A stretch of DNA of 64,000 nt from Gemmatimonadota bacterium. GTDB taxonomy: Bacteria > Gemmatimonadota > Gemmatimonadetes > Gemmatimonadales > Gemmatimonadaceae. A program made the position numbers and the translations under genes. The stretch lies in NCBI GenBank assembly GCA_040389905.1, contig JAZJZK010000003.1:1-64000 (forward strand), read 5' to 3'. Under the pieces are notes generated by a model that searched no databases, was not told the origin of the DNA, and saw nothing but the letters and a program-made list of their open reading frames with translations. Position 1 is the first letter of the stretch. The number at the start of each line of letters is the position of its first letter. This document shows, piece after piece, positions 46,341 to 56,503 of this stretch.

Positions 46341-47342
46341 TCAGCTGCCCTTCTTGAATGTCGCTTGCCCGGATGGTCCCGCGCTTGGGGGCAGGCGGTG
46401 GAGGAACTCGTACAGTGACTCCAGGTCCTCGGTGGACATTCGTGCGAAGGCCTCCCACGGCATCGGAGACCCCGCGTAGACCCGGCCACTCCGGAACCGA
46501 GTGATGAATGCTTCACGGTTTGGAAACTTGAGGAGCGCACTGCCCTTCATCGGCGTAAGGTTCGGACTGATGAACCAGAGTGCAAGGTCGGCGCCGGGAT
46601 TGGGGTCGGGTTCCAATTGCCATCCACCGGCGAATTCCGTCCCTGTCGCGACAAAGGTCGCCTCATCTCGTTTCGTGTGGCAGCCGACGCAGTTGGCGAC
46701 AGACCGAGCCAGGTATTCGCCGCGCGCGGCGCCAACACCAGCCGGCGTGGCAGATGCGGGATGAATCGCCGTTCTGGGTTTCATGATATTGAAGAAGGTC
46801 CGGACGACCTTGCCGGGTATGGTCCATTCGTTCGTCGGCACGGCATTCTTCACCGGCGGCATCGACCGTAAATACGAAATGATCGCATTGACGTCGTCAT
46901 CCGACATGTTGCCGAACGGCATCATCGGCTCGATGGTCGCGCGGCCGTCCGGTCTCACGGACCATCGCATCATCCGCGCGATCTGTCCGTCGGAGTAGCG
47001 ACCGATTCCGGTCTCGGGATCCGGTGTGAGGTTTCTGGAGTAGATGTCGCCAAGTGGAGCAGCCGAAAGTCGAAGACCACCACTGAGCGGTACCTTCGTG
47101 CCCCGCGCCAGTTTCGCCATATCGCTGTACGACGATGTATGGCACGCGACGCAGTGGGCTGGCCCGTACACCAGGTATTCGCCTCGCGCCAGCACCTCGG
47201 GAGCGGTGCTCGCGTGTACCTCCGGGAGCGGCGCGTCGTAGCTTCGATCCCACGTCCGGGAGACATGGATTGCCACGCCGACGAGTCCCACGGCGAGCAC
47301 GGCCACTCCGATCAGCACCTTCTTGAAGATGCGCTTGAACAT
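46341..47342 (-). CDS. Membrane-anchored dihaem cytochrome c
   Basis: ARGEYL...CVACH and ARGEYL...CVGCH; NLTPDPETGIG; MPWEAF. Confidence 0.9.
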   Translation of the reverse strand: MFKRIFKKVLIGVAVLAVGLVGVAIHVSRTWDRSYDAPLPEVHASTAPEVLARGEYLVYGPAHCVACHTSSYSDMAKLARGTKVPLSGGLRLSAAPLGDIYSRNLTPDPETGIGRYSDGQIARMMRWSVRPDGRATIEPMMPFGNMSDDDVNAIISYLRSMPPVKNAVPTNEWTIPGKVVRTFFNIMKPRTAIHPASATPAGVGAARGEYLARSVANCVGCHTKRDEATFVATGTEFAGGWQLEPDPNPGADLALWFISPNLTPMKGSALLKFPNREAFITRFRSGRVYAGSPMPWEAFARMSTEDLESLYEFLHRLPPSAGPSGQATFKKGS

Positions 47343-47385
47343 CGAAATCGGTTCTTGTCGGCGATTCAGTTTTCAGTAGGGAAGC

Positions 47386-48177
47386 TCAGCGAATCCAGGC
47401 GCCGAGACGCTCCCATCGGATGGCGGTCGCGGCACGGACGTATTCGACGCCTCGATCCGGATCGTACGAGTAGTAGACGAACATCGGCGTCCCACGAAGG
47501 TTCGCGCGCGGCACGGGTCCGTAATATCTGCTGTCGACGGAATTGTCTCGGTTGTCGCCCATCATGAAGAACGTCCCGGTGGGCACAACGAGCGGCCCCC
47601 ACTCGTGGACGCTCGGCGCCGACGTTGGCGGGCCGAATCGAGAGCCGTGGATCTCGATCTGATGTTGCCACACGAAGATCGGCTGTGGTTGGTCAGCAAT
47701 GGAGTCCGGAAGGACAAACGAGTTCGGTGATGGGACGACCGCGCCATTGACGGTCAGTTGCCCGTGTCGCATGAAGATCGTGTCACCCCCGACCCCGATG
47801 ATGCGCTTCACCAGTGTGGGCGTGACGTCGGCGGGAGATATTCGAATTGTCACATCCTGTGGCGGCGAGACGAAGACGGTAACGTCTCCGCGTTTGGGGC
47901 TTGCGTACCCGGGCAGTGAGTGGCTCGTGAACGGGACGTGTGGGCCGAACTTGAGCTTGTTGACGAAGAGCCAGTCTCCGACAAGAAGCGTCGGCTCCAT
48001 ACTGCCGCTCGGAATCCGGAACGCCTCGGCGAGCAGTTGTCGCGTGCCGAGGAAGATCGCCAGCACGGGAAGCGCGCCCATGATGAACCCGCGAGTACGG
48101 ACGACGAGCGACGCACGCGGGACTGCAGTGCGGCGCGCAGCGGCGCGCGGTGCCCGTTTCCGTCGAGAACTGCCCAT
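47386..48177 (-). CDS. lepB: Signal peptidase I
   Basis: IPSGSMEPTL (Ser), LVKRIIG (Lys), MGDNRDNSVDSRY. Confidence 0.93.
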   Translation of the reverse strand: MGSSRRKRAPRAAARRTAVPRASLVVRTRGFIMGALPVLAIFLGTRQLLAEAFRIPSGSMEPTLLVGDWLFVNKLKFGPHVPFTSHSLPGYASPKRGDVTVFVSPPQDVTIRISPADVTPTLVKRIIGVGGDTIFMRHGQLTVNGAVVPSPNSFVLPDSIADQPQPIFVWQHQIEIHGSRFGPPTSAPSVHEWGPLVVPTGTFFMMGDNRDNSVDSRYYGPVPRANLRGTPMFVYYSYDPDRGVEYVRAATAIRWERLGAWIR

Positions 48178-48294
48178 GTGTGCTGCCTCCGCATCGAGTA
48201 CCAACGTGAATCTACGAGGGTAAAGAAAAGAAGCGAGTTGCAACCCGCTCGTCATAGCTTCAACATTCCGTGTGCATGACCTCAGGAGGGGACG

Positions 48295-51270
48295 ATGATT
48301 GGCGAGCCAGAGAACACCATTCTTCCCGATCGCCGCGACTTCCTCAAGTCGGCCGGCGCGGCCGCGGTGGGCGCACTGCTGTTGCCGCAGATGGACGCGC
48401 TCGCGTTGAGCCCGAGCATCGCCAGAGCGACGGCCGCCGCACGGCCGGTGATGACGGTGCGGCCCTTCGCGTTGACCCAGGTAAAGCTCACGGAGAGCCT
48501 CTTCACGCAGAAGCGCGACCGGATGCTCGCCTACGCGCGTGGCTTTGGTGGCGATGCAGACGTCTACGCGGGGCCGGATCGCGTGCTCTCGATCTTCCGC
48601 GCCAACGCCGGGCTCGACACCAAAGGCGCCGAGGCGATTGGCGATTGGGAAAACAGCACCGGATATCTGCGTGGGCATTACGCCGGCCACTTCATGAGCA
48701 TGCTGGCGCAGGCGTACGCAAGCACCGGCGACGCGATCTTCAAGCAGAAGCTGGACTACATCGTACGCGGCCTGGCAGAATGTCAGTCCGCACTCGCGGC
48801 ATCAGCACGCCGGCCAACTCCGCGTGCCACCGGCAAGTTCGGCAACGCCTTACGACTCACTGGCTCGCCCATCGGGCTCGCTGAGCACGTCTCGCTCCCT
48901 GCAGGGCTGGTGAGCGAGTTGCGGGATTTCACGATCGCACTCTGGATCAATCCATCACAGTACGACCGCGCGAAACTCTCTGACAGCAGACCAACCCTCG
49001 ACCTGGCGACACTCACCAACGGCACCGCGGTCTTCGATTTCGGAAACCCGAACCCAAAGTTCGGCGAGCCGGCGCTCACGCGCATGTATTTCACCGTCCG
49101 CGCTGGCAACGACAAGCCGGTCCCGCGCTTCGCGATCACCACGAGCGGCGCTGCTGGCGAGCAACGTCTCGACGCCGCGCGGCCGCTGGCCGTGGATCGC
49201 TGGACGCACATCGCCATTACGCGCTCGGGGTCCGTCGCGACGCTATACGTCGATGGAGATCCGGTTGCGACGAACTCCGACATGACGGTCTCGCCCGCCG
49301 ACCTTGGGCCGACGACTGGTAATTGGCTCGGACGCTGTCAGTTCCCGCAGCGCAACGTGTCGTATCTCAACGCGCAGCTCGACGAGTTCCAGATCTTCGA
49401 CCGCGGATTGGCGCAGGCCGACGTCCGCGCGCTGATGACATCCGCCGGCAGCGGCAACGTGTTGAGCTATCGCTTCGACGAAGCCGATGGCGCGCGCGTG
49501 GTCGACTCATCCGGCAAGGGACGCCACGGCATCGTCGTCGCTCCCACCGACGGGCGGCGTCACCCGGGCTTCCTCTCCGCGTACCCGGAGACGCAGTTCA
49601 TGCGGCTCGAGGAGTTCGCGACGTATGGCGGCAACCAGGGGATCTGGGCGCCCTACTACACGCTCCACAAGATTCTCGCCGGCCTGCTCGACGCGCACTC
49701 GCTCACGGGGAACGCGCAGGCGCTCGACGTCGCGACGAAGATTGGCGACTGGACGCACAGCCGATTGTCGAAGCTGCGCCCGGAGCAGTTCGATCGGATG
49801 TGGAACATGTATATCGCGGGCGAGTACGGCGGCGCCAACGACGCCTTCGCCAGCCTGCACGCCATCACGCGCAAGCCGGACTTCCTCACCGTCGCGCGAT
49901 TCTTCGACAACCGCAACGTGAAGGACCCGACGGTCGCGAACAACGACATCCTCGATGGACGTCACGCGAACCAGCATATCCCGCAGTTCATCGGCTATCT
50001 CCGCATCTTCGAGCAGAGCGACGAACGGGACTACCACACCGCCGCGAAGAACTTCTGGGACATGGTGGTGCCGCACCGCGTGTACAGCCACGGTGGCGTG
50101 GGCGTCGGTGAGATCCTCCGCAAGCGTGACGTGATTGCGGGATCACTCTACTCCGAGCCGAACAACCACGACCACGCCGAGAGCTGCGTCGTGTACAACA
50201 TGCTCAAGCTGAGCCGCAACTTGTTCTTTCACGAGCCCGACGCGAAGTACATGAACTACTACGAACAGGGACTCTTCAATCAGATCCTGGGCTCTCGGAG
50301 GGACGCGGAGAGTACCACGAGTCCCGAAGTCACGTACTTCATTCCCGTGCGCTCAGGCGAGCGTCGCGAATACGGCAACGCGGGGACGTGCTGCGGCGGC
50401 ACCGGAATGGAGAATCACACCAAGTACCAGGACTCGATCTACTTCCGTTCGACAGATGATGCGACGCTCTACGTCAATCTCTACATCCCGTCCACGCTCG
50501 CGTGGCGTGAGAAGGGCCTCACGATCGAACAGGCCACTCGATATCCCTTCGAGGGCTCGAGTGTCCTGACGGTGCGTGGCAATGGGCGGCTTGCCGTGAT
50601 GCTGCGCGTTCCAAGCTGGGTGCGCCGCGGCTACAGCGTCTCGGTGAACGGCGCTCGACAAGCGCTCGCCGCCATACCCGGTCAGTACGTCAGGATCGAC
50701 CGCCAATGGCGCTCCGGCGACAGAATCGAGATCGCGATGCCACTCTCATTCCGCGCCGAGCGCACGATCGATGACCCCGCGGTGCAATCGATCTTCTACG
50801 GGCCAACGCTGCTGACCTTGCAATCGCCGGCGGTGGGGAACACCCTCGAGACGGGCCTCATCAACGTCGCATTGTACAAGCACTTCACGTTGACGGGAGA
50901 TTTCGGAGTAGGGATGATGCCTGTGCCAGGGAAGCCGTTGCACTTTACCGCGAACGGCCAGACGCTGGCGCCGCTCTTCGTAGCCGACCCGCAGGAGGGG
51001 AACACGCAGGCGTATCACATGTACATCCGTCGGCATGAGCCGTCGATTGTGTTCAGGAACGACGATTCAGGCGTAATGAATTCGAAGCGCGATGACGGGA
51101 TGACCTTTCTGGACGCGGTGTGGGCGGGCGCACCGTTCGCTGATCACGGCCGGTTCATGACGGTCGTGGAGCGCGTCGCGACCGAATGGAGCGCGGCGGG
51201 ACGGTTAACGGCGGCAGAGCAGCGCGCAGTGGTCCAGGCTGCGCGTCGTGCCGAGCGAGACCTCGCCTAA
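48295..51270 (+). CDS. Tat-exported GH127/GH146-like (beta-L-arabinofuranosidase-like) glycoside hydrolase with inserted LamG/ConA-like domain
   Basis: RRDFLK Tat motif; LRGHYAGH, WAPYYTLHKI, HANQHIP, AESC..YNMLK, TCCGGTG; LamG WTHIAIT...LYVDG...LDEFQIF. Confidence 0.85.
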   Translation: MIGEPENTILPDRRDFLKSAGAAAVGALLLPQMDALALSPSIARATAAARPVMTVRPFALTQVKLTESLFTQKRDRMLAYARGFGGDADVYAGPDRVLSIFRANAGLDTKGAEAIGDWENSTGYLRGHYAGHFMSMLAQAYASTGDAIFKQKLDYIVRGLAECQSALAASARRPTPRATGKFGNALRLTGSPIGLAEHVSLPAGLVSELRDFTIALWINPSQYDRAKLSDSRPTLDLATLTNGTAVFDFGNPNPKFGEPALTRMYFTVRAGNDKPVPRFAITTSGAAGEQRLDAARPLAVDRWTHIAITRSGSVATLYVDGDPVATNSDMTVSPADLGPTTGNWLGRCQFPQRNVSYLNAQLDEFQIFDRGLAQADVRALMTSAGSGNVLSYRFDEADGARVVDSSGKGRHGIVVAPTDGRRHPGFLSAYPETQFMRLEEFATYGGNQGIWAPYYTLHKILAGLLDAHSLTGNAQALDVATKIGDWTHSRLSKLRPEQFDRMWNMYIAGEYGGANDAFASLHAITRKPDFLTVARFFDNRNVKDPTVANNDILDGRHANQHIPQFIGYLRIFEQSDERDYHTAAKNFWDMVVPHRVYSHGGVGVGEILRKRDVIAGSLYSEPNNHDHAESCVVYNMLKLSRNLFFHEPDAKYMNYYEQGLFNQILGSRRDAESTTSPEVTYFIPVRSGERREYGNAGTCCGGTGMENHTKYQDSIYFRSTDDATLYVNLYIPSTLAWREKGLTIEQATRYPFEGSSVLTVRGNGRLAVMLRVPSWVRRGYSVSVNGARQALAAIPGQYVRIDRQWRSGDRIEIAMPLSFRAERTIDDPAVQSIFYGPTLLTLQSPAVGNTLETGLINVALYKHFTLTGDFGVGMMPVPGKPLHFTANGQTLAPLFVADPQEGNTQAYHMYIRRHEPSIVFRNDDSGVMNSKRDDGMTFLDAVWAGAPFADHGRFMTVVERVATEWSAAGRLTAAEQRAVVQAARRAERDLA

Positions 51271-51357
51271 CGCGCCAGCACGGTTCGGAGGGGTGGTGGA
51301 CATCAGGGCGCGCGCGCAATTTCGAGAACGTTTTTCGGCCTCGACTTCAAAACTACA

Positions 51358-52188
51358 ATGACCCAGCCACGCCACTCGACTTCATTGCGGCCCGCACCTG
51401 CGACGTTTCGCCGCCGCGCACAGCTTCTGCTGGCGTGCCTCTGCACCGTGGCCGCGTCCGTAAACGCGCAGGCTCCCATTCGCGCGCTGTACGTGACGGG
51501 CGGTGGCTTCCATGACTTTACTGCGCAGAAGCAGATCGTTCCGCCGGGCATCTCCGCGCGCACCAACATCGTCTGGACGATCGACCACACCGCCGACACG
51601 TCGACGGCGAAGCTGATTGCGCGCCACTCGACGATAGCGTGGGCGGACTCGTTCGATGTCGTCGTCTACAACATGTCGTTCTCCTACGTTGTCGACCCGC
51701 AGTGGATCGAACGCATCGCGTACGCGCACCGCGACAAGGGCGTGGCCGTTGTTATCCTCCACGGGGCGACGCACAGCTATCGCCGGTCTACGACCGACGC
51801 ATGGCGCGAGCTCATGGGTGTCGCCAGCATGCGTCACGACACGCAGCGCGACTTCCGCATCGAGCGACTCGTCGCGGACAACCCGATCGTGAAGGCGCTG
51901 CCCAAGGAATGGGGTCCCGGGAGCGACGAGTTGTACAACATCGACAGGATGTGGCCGACGGCGAACCCGCTGGTGCAGGCGTGGAGCATCGAGGGCGAGA
52001 AGCACTTTCCGGTCGTCTGGACGAACACCTACGGAAAGGCGCGCGTCTTTGCCACGACGATGGGCCACAGCAACCGGACGATGTCCGAGCCTGCGTACCT
52101 CGATATGGTGACGCGCGGACTCCTGTGGACGGTCGGCAAGCTGGCGGCGGACGGTACGCCGGTCGCGGGCTACGGTCCTCGCCCCTGA
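51358..52188 (+). CDS. ThuA-like domain secreted protein
   Basis: TGGGFHDF, DELY, PVVWTNTYGKARVFATTMGH. Confidence 0.85.
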   Translation: MTQPRHSTSLRPAPATFRRRAQLLLACLCTVAASVNAQAPIRALYVTGGGFHDFTAQKQIVPPGISARTNIVWTIDHTADTSTAKLIARHSTIAWADSFDVVVYNMSFSYVVDPQWIERIAYAHRDKGVAVVILHGATHSYRRSTTDAWRELMGVASMRHDTQRDFRIERLVADNPIVKALPKEWGPGSDELYNIDRMWPTANPLVQAWSIEGEKHFPVVWTNTYGKARVFATTMGHSNRTMSEPAYLDMVTRGLLWTVGKLAADGTPVAGYGPRP

Positions 52189-53177
52189 TTTTCCTGTGGC
52201 GAACGCACGCCAAGATTGCTGAGCGCAATCGCCGCATTTCGCTGAAGTCCATGTAATTTCGCGCGCTTCATCGGTGACCCCTTGAACGCAACCGAGAACT
52301 CCTGCCGCGACATCCGGAGCAGCTCGCGCGCGATCGTCACCGCGTCGTTCGATGCGAGCACCGGTCGGGGCGCAAACTCAGGGACTTTCAATTCCCGCGC
52401 GAACTTCACGTTCCAGGGACAGACGTCCTGGCAGATATCGCAGCCGTAGATCAGCTCGCCGATCTGCGGTCGCAACGCCGGCGGGATATCGCCCTTCATT
52501 TCGATTGTCAGGTACGAGATGCACTTCGTCGCGTCGAGCGTGCGCGGCGCGATGAATGCATCGGTGGGACACACGTCGAGGCAACGCGTGCACGTTCCGC
52601 AGTGGTCCGACTCGAACGGAGCATCCGCCGCCAGTTCGAGATCGAGCACCAGCGCACCGAGGAAGAAAAACGATCCGAGCGCGGGATTGAGAAGATTGGT
52701 GTTCTTGCCGAACCAACCGAGCCCCGCACGTCGCGCGAGGTCGCGCTCGAGGACTGGCCCCGTATCGACATACGGCTTTCCCGCAATCGAGTGGCCGACG
52801 TCGGATTCGAGCCGCGCGTGCAGCGCGCGCAGGCGCGACTCCATGACGTCGTGGTAGTCGTCACCGCGCGCATATCGCGCCACCGGGCCACTCGGCTCGC
52901 GCCCACCATAGTCCAGCGCGACGACGATGGCGTGCGTCGTTCCCGGACGGGGCAACCGCGAATCGCTCCGCTTTTCGGCGCCGCGGGCGAGGTATGCCAT
53001 CTCTCCACCGTATCCTGCGTCGATCCAGGCATTGAATGCCGGCGCCGTTTCGGCGGGGCCGAGCGTAGTGATGCCGGCGAGATCGAAGCCGAGTGCAAAT
53101 GCATGTGCTTTCGCCAACGCCGCCAGCTCGACGGGTGTTCTCGCTCCCAGTTCCGCGCCGGCCGATGCAACGGTCAC
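52170..53177 (-). CDS. queG: tRNA epoxyqueuosine(34) reductase
   Basis: ARYARGDDYH, VDTGPVLER, GLGWFGKN, CGTCTRCLDVCP, CISYLTIE, GCDICQDVCPWN. GTG 53177 overlaps the upstream stop. Confidence 0.95.
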   Translation of the reverse strand: MTVASAGAELGARTPVELAALAKAHAFALGFDLAGITTLGPAETAPAFNAWIDAGYGGEMAYLARGAEKRSDSRLPRPGTTHAIVVALDYGGREPSGPVARYARGDDYHDVMESRLRALHARLESDVGHSIAGKPYVDTGPVLERDLARRAGLGWFGKNTNLLNPALGSFFFLGALVLDLELAADAPFESDHCGTCTRCLDVCPTDAFIAPRTLDATKCISYLTIEMKGDIPPALRPQIGELIYGCDICQDVCPWNVKFARELKVPEFAPRPVLASNDAVTIARELLRMSRQEFSVAFKGSPMKRAKLHGLQRNAAIALSNLGVRSPQENQGRGP

Positions 53178-53422
53178 GGGTCGCGCACCGCCCATCGCGC
53201 GTAGCGGATGACGTCGTCCGCTGGCGGTGTGTGGTCGTCGTCACCGTACGCCGTGTGCATGCGCCACCGGACGTAGTCCGTGGCGGGAAGGGGCAGGAAT
53301 GGGAAGCGGCGCCACCAGTGACGTCTCCGAAAGCGCCAGCCGACGCGCAGCAGCGCAAGCGCGTCCGATGGAGAGCGCAGCGCACGCAGCGTGAGGGACA
53401 GGGCCAAGTGGTTCCAACTCAT
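53174..53422 (-). CDS. Small hypothetical protein
   Basis: 82 aa, Trp/Arg-rich (WWRRFPFLPLP...YVRWRMHTAYG); 4-nt overlaps with both neighbours. Confidence 0.7.
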   Translation of the reverse strand: MSWNHLALSLTLRALRSPSDALALLRVGWRFRRRHWWRRFPFLPLPATDYVRWRMHTAYGDDDHTPPADDVIRYARWAVRDP

Positions 53423-54552
53423 CTCGGATAACCCTTCCACAGCCACTGGAGTGCGAGCGGAAGGGTCTCGAGCTTCATCGCGCGATCGGTGTGTCCCGCG
53501 TTGCGCGTAAAAACGAACTGATAGTGGTACCCCTTGTCTGCCAGCACGTTCGCCATGCGTTCGCTCGCAAGGACCCAGTCGTGCATGTCGTCGCGCATGA
53601 CGTTGGGATTCAAGAGATCTCGATCACCCACCGCCATCCAGATGCGAATCGGCTTCACCGGGCTGTTCGGAATCAACGTCTCGTGGAAGCCCCACGCGCC
53701 GTGCGGCGTCTCGTCGCTGTGCGGCCACTGCTGGTTCACGGCAGTGATCGAGTAGGCGAGCACGCGGTGATAGAGCTCCGGGTGGTACCACGCCATGATC
53801 AACGCCGCTGAGCCACCCGAGCTTCCGCCCATCGTGGCACGCCCGTCGGGATCTCTCGTGAGCTTGACGTTGTACTGCTTTTCGACCAGCGGCAGCACTT
53901 CGGTCTCGACGAATTCCGCGTAGCGACCGGACATCGTGTCGTATTCGAGTCCGCGCTGGCTTCCTTGCGCGTCGCCACTCCCGTTCCCGATCGAGATGGC
54001 GATCATGACGGGAACCAGCTTCTGGTCGATCAGGTTATCGAGCGCCGTGAACAGCAATCGGTCGGGTCCATCGGCACCGACGATGAACGGCGCGACCGTG
54101 CCAGGCACGTACTGTTTCGGCACGTAGACCGCGACACGCCGAGTGTACGGCGCGGGGCGGCTGGTCGTGACGATCAGTCGCGTCGGGTCATTCGGATCGG
54201 GGGTGCCGAACGTTCCCGCATCGCGAGCGATGCCGGGGTAGATCTTGCTGTCGGCCGAGCTCATGGTGAACTCGTAAACGGTTCCTTGCGGGACGCCGCC
54301 TTTCACGATCATCTCGGGGGCCGGCGCGTGTGTCGGCCCAATGATGAAGTTGCCCTCCGCATCGACTGGCGGAATGGTGCCGTCCGGAAGCTCCTTGGCG
54401 ACGACAAAGCCGGGGGTGTTGGGGTCGCGCGTGGGAGGTGTGGGTCGCGGCGCGGGGGTCGTTGCCGGCGGAGTTCCGCCGGTCACTTGCGCACGCACCG
54501 TTGTGGCGCATGCCAGCAAGAGGACCATTGCTCCCACGCTCGATCTCGTCAT
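53419..54552 (-). CDS. Secreted alpha/beta hydrolase, enterochelin-esterase-like
   Basis: VAVYVP, QRGLEYDTMS, nucleophile motif GGSSGG, AGH; signal peptide from ATG 54552. Confidence 0.85.
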   Translation of the reverse strand: MTRSSVGAMVLLLACATTVRAQVTGGTPPATTPAPRPTPPTRDPNTPGFVVAKELPDGTIPPVDAEGNFIIGPTHAPAPEMIVKGGVPQGTVYEFTMSSADSKIYPGIARDAGTFGTPDPNDPTRLIVTTSRPAPYTRRVAVYVPKQYVPGTVAPFIVGADGPDRLLFTALDNLIDQKLVPVMIAISIGNGSGDAQGSQRGLEYDTMSGRYAEFVETEVLPLVEKQYNVKLTRDPDGRATMGGSSGGSAALIMAWYHPELYHRVLAYSITAVNQQWPHSDETPHGAWGFHETLIPNSPVKPIRIWMAVGDRDLLNPNVMRDDMHDWVLASERMANVLADKGYHYQFVFTRNAGHTDRAMKLETLPLALQWLWKGYPR

Positions 54553-54681
54553 GGCATCCCTGTCTGTTCGTGGTCCAGCGAGTGTGCGCCGCATCTTTTC
54601 ACGACGGCCTCGTGCGTCAACAAGTGTGTGGAGTTCGCGCGAGCCGAGCAAGCGCTAACAATGCCAATGCGTCAATGGACC

Positions 54682-54940
54682 GTCACCGAAGTTCTGATAG
54701 CAAGAGGGAGCACCGGCACATTGAACGCGGATTGAGCGGATTGACCAGCGAAACAGTGATGGTTCGGCGAGGCACGACCGAAGCAGTTGACCGTGACGTC
54801 TTCAAGCAAATGCCTCTCGTGGGTTCACGCGTGATCCTTGTTTTTCTTTTCGATCCGCTCGATCCGCGTTCAATGTACCGGCGCGCCGGCCGACTCGGAC
54901 CAGGCGCTTCCACTCGGCCTGCTATCGGAACTTCGGTGAC
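54682..54940. mobile_element. Nested inverted-repeat element: MITE-like core (54719-54875) inside a second 21-bp inverted repeat
   Basis: Outer pair GTCACCGAAGTTCTGATAGCA vs reverse complement GTCACCGAAGTTCCGATAGCA (20/21). Inner pair CATTGAACGCGGAT...ATCCGCGTTCAATG. Confidence 0.65.
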
Positions 54941-54966
54941 ACTCCACTGGCAACGCCAAAAGATTG

Positions 54967-55053
54967 ACCGCAGAGGTCGCAGAGGAACTGCAACAGCCGC
55001 AGAGGAAACCGAACAAAGACTGCGGCGGCATCTTTCTCTGGGCCCTCTGCGGT
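54967..55053. repeat. CGCAGAGG-family inverted-repeat element
   Basis: ACCGCAGAGGTCGCAGAGG...CCTCTGCGGT. Confidence 0.8.
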
Positions 55054-55102
55054 AGGCTCTCGCCGAGCAAAGGGTTCAAAACGCGAACGAATCGAGGCGC
55101 GT

Positions 55103-56503
55103 TCACACGAACGACCGACCATCCATCACCGACGGTGGCGAAACGCCGAGTACAGCGAGTGCGCTCGCGAAGACGTCCGTCGTCCGTCGCGGCATCCGGG
55201 CGGGTGGGCGGCTTGTGAGCAACGGCACCATCATGTGGTCGCGATGCAGCGAGCCGTGCGCGCTCAGGTGCGGAATCGGCTCGTATCGCGAACGAAAATC
55301 CCAACCCGGCGCCGCCGACAGAATGATATCGCCCGACCGTTCCGAGCCCGCGAGACTGACGATCTGCACGATGCTGTCAGGGTAGTCGGTGCTCCGCATC
55401 GCGTCGTGCACTTCATCCGCGTCGCCGCTTACGTCGGCGTTCGCGCCAAGAGGATCTCCGGTCGCGCGCTCGTATCGGTAGATGCGGTCGACGCACGACA
55501 CGAATGCCGATCCGCGTGAACGGCTCCGCACCTCGCAGTGCGTCGAGGAGTGTGGTAGCAACACGAGGTCAACGGAATCTCGTGCACAAAGCGACGAAAC
55601 CAGCGCTTCCCAGCGCACACCTTGCGTCGGCCACCAGGGACGCGTGCGACTTCCTACATCGACGTAGACGTGCGCCATGGCATTGCCGCCGACCATGACG
55701 GCTACGTCCACCCCGGATACCCGCATGAAGGGATGCGCCGCCGTCCGCAGGCCAGTCGACGCAACGAGACCCGCGAGATCCTCGTGCGAATGCACGGGGG
55801 AATGCCCGTGATCGCTCACGATCCACAGATGCGTGTCCTTCCACCACCCACCACGCTCGGCATCGTCGCGCATCCGGGCCACTGCCGTGTCGACGATGCC
55901 AAGCGCCTCGTGCACGAGCGCCCCGCCATGTCCGCGTGCATGCGATGCCTTGTCCACGCCCGTGAACGCGGCGAACACGTAGTCAGGACGGTCGTCGCGA
56001 ATGCGTCGCGGAATGGTGTCGAGCACCTCACGGTCCACGTCGAGCCACCGCTCCGCGCGTCCGCGGAAATGCGTGAGGGCGACGCGGAGTGCGGAGCGGG
56101 CCGTCAGCGTGCCGTGCCGCCGAGACTTCTCGAGCCCGCGCGTCACGACACTCAGAGCTGCCACGCTGTTGGGGACCAACTCGAACATCGTCGGCGCGTC
56201 GGCGGCAAGATCACTGTCGAAGCGCGAGAACTGGTAGCCCACATAGCTGCGCGCGAAGTCGGGCCACGTCGTCGCGGTACGCGCGCGATCGAACCAGCGC
56301 AGTCCCGGGATGCCGATGCGTCCCGGAAAACGGCCCATGAGAAAGGGAGTGTACGCGGGCCCCGTCACCGAGGGAAACACGCTGGTCACGGCGCTCAGTC
56401 CGCCCTCTTCTCGCAGTCGGCGAAGCGCGGGCAGGCCTTGCATGGCGCCCTCGAATGCATCGAGCCGCGCACCGTCGGCGACGAGAACTATGACGGGAGA
56501 CAG
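55103..56503 (-). CDS. Alkaline phosphatase superfamily / type I phosphodiesterase-nucleotide pyrophosphatase
   Basis: VIVLVADG (upstream of ATG 56443), FPSVTGP, DKASH, IVSDHGH, AHGSL. The start is unresolved. Confidence 0.8.
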   Translation of the reverse strand: MSPVIVLVADGARLDAFEGAMQGLPALRRLREEGGLSAVTSVFPSVTGPAYTPFLMGRFPGRIGIPGLRWFDRARTATTWPDFARSYVGYQFSRFDSDLAADAPTMFELVPNSVAALSVVTRGLEKSRRHGTLTARSALRVALTHFRGRAERWLDVDREVLDTIPRRIRDDRPDYVFAAFTGVDKASHARGHGGALVHEALGIVDTAVARMRDDAERGGWWKDTHLWIVSDHGHSPVHSHEDLAGLVASTGLRTAAHPFMRVSGVDVAVMVGGNAMAHVYVDVGSRTRPWWPTQGVRWEALVSSLCARDSVDLVLLPHSSTHCEVRSRSRGSAFVSCVDRIYRYERATGDPLGANADVSGDADEVHDAMRSTDYPDSIVQIVSLAGSERSGDIILSAAPGWDFRSRYEPIPHLSAHGSLHRDHMMVPLLTSRPPARMPRRTTDVFASALAVLGVSPPSVMDGRSFV

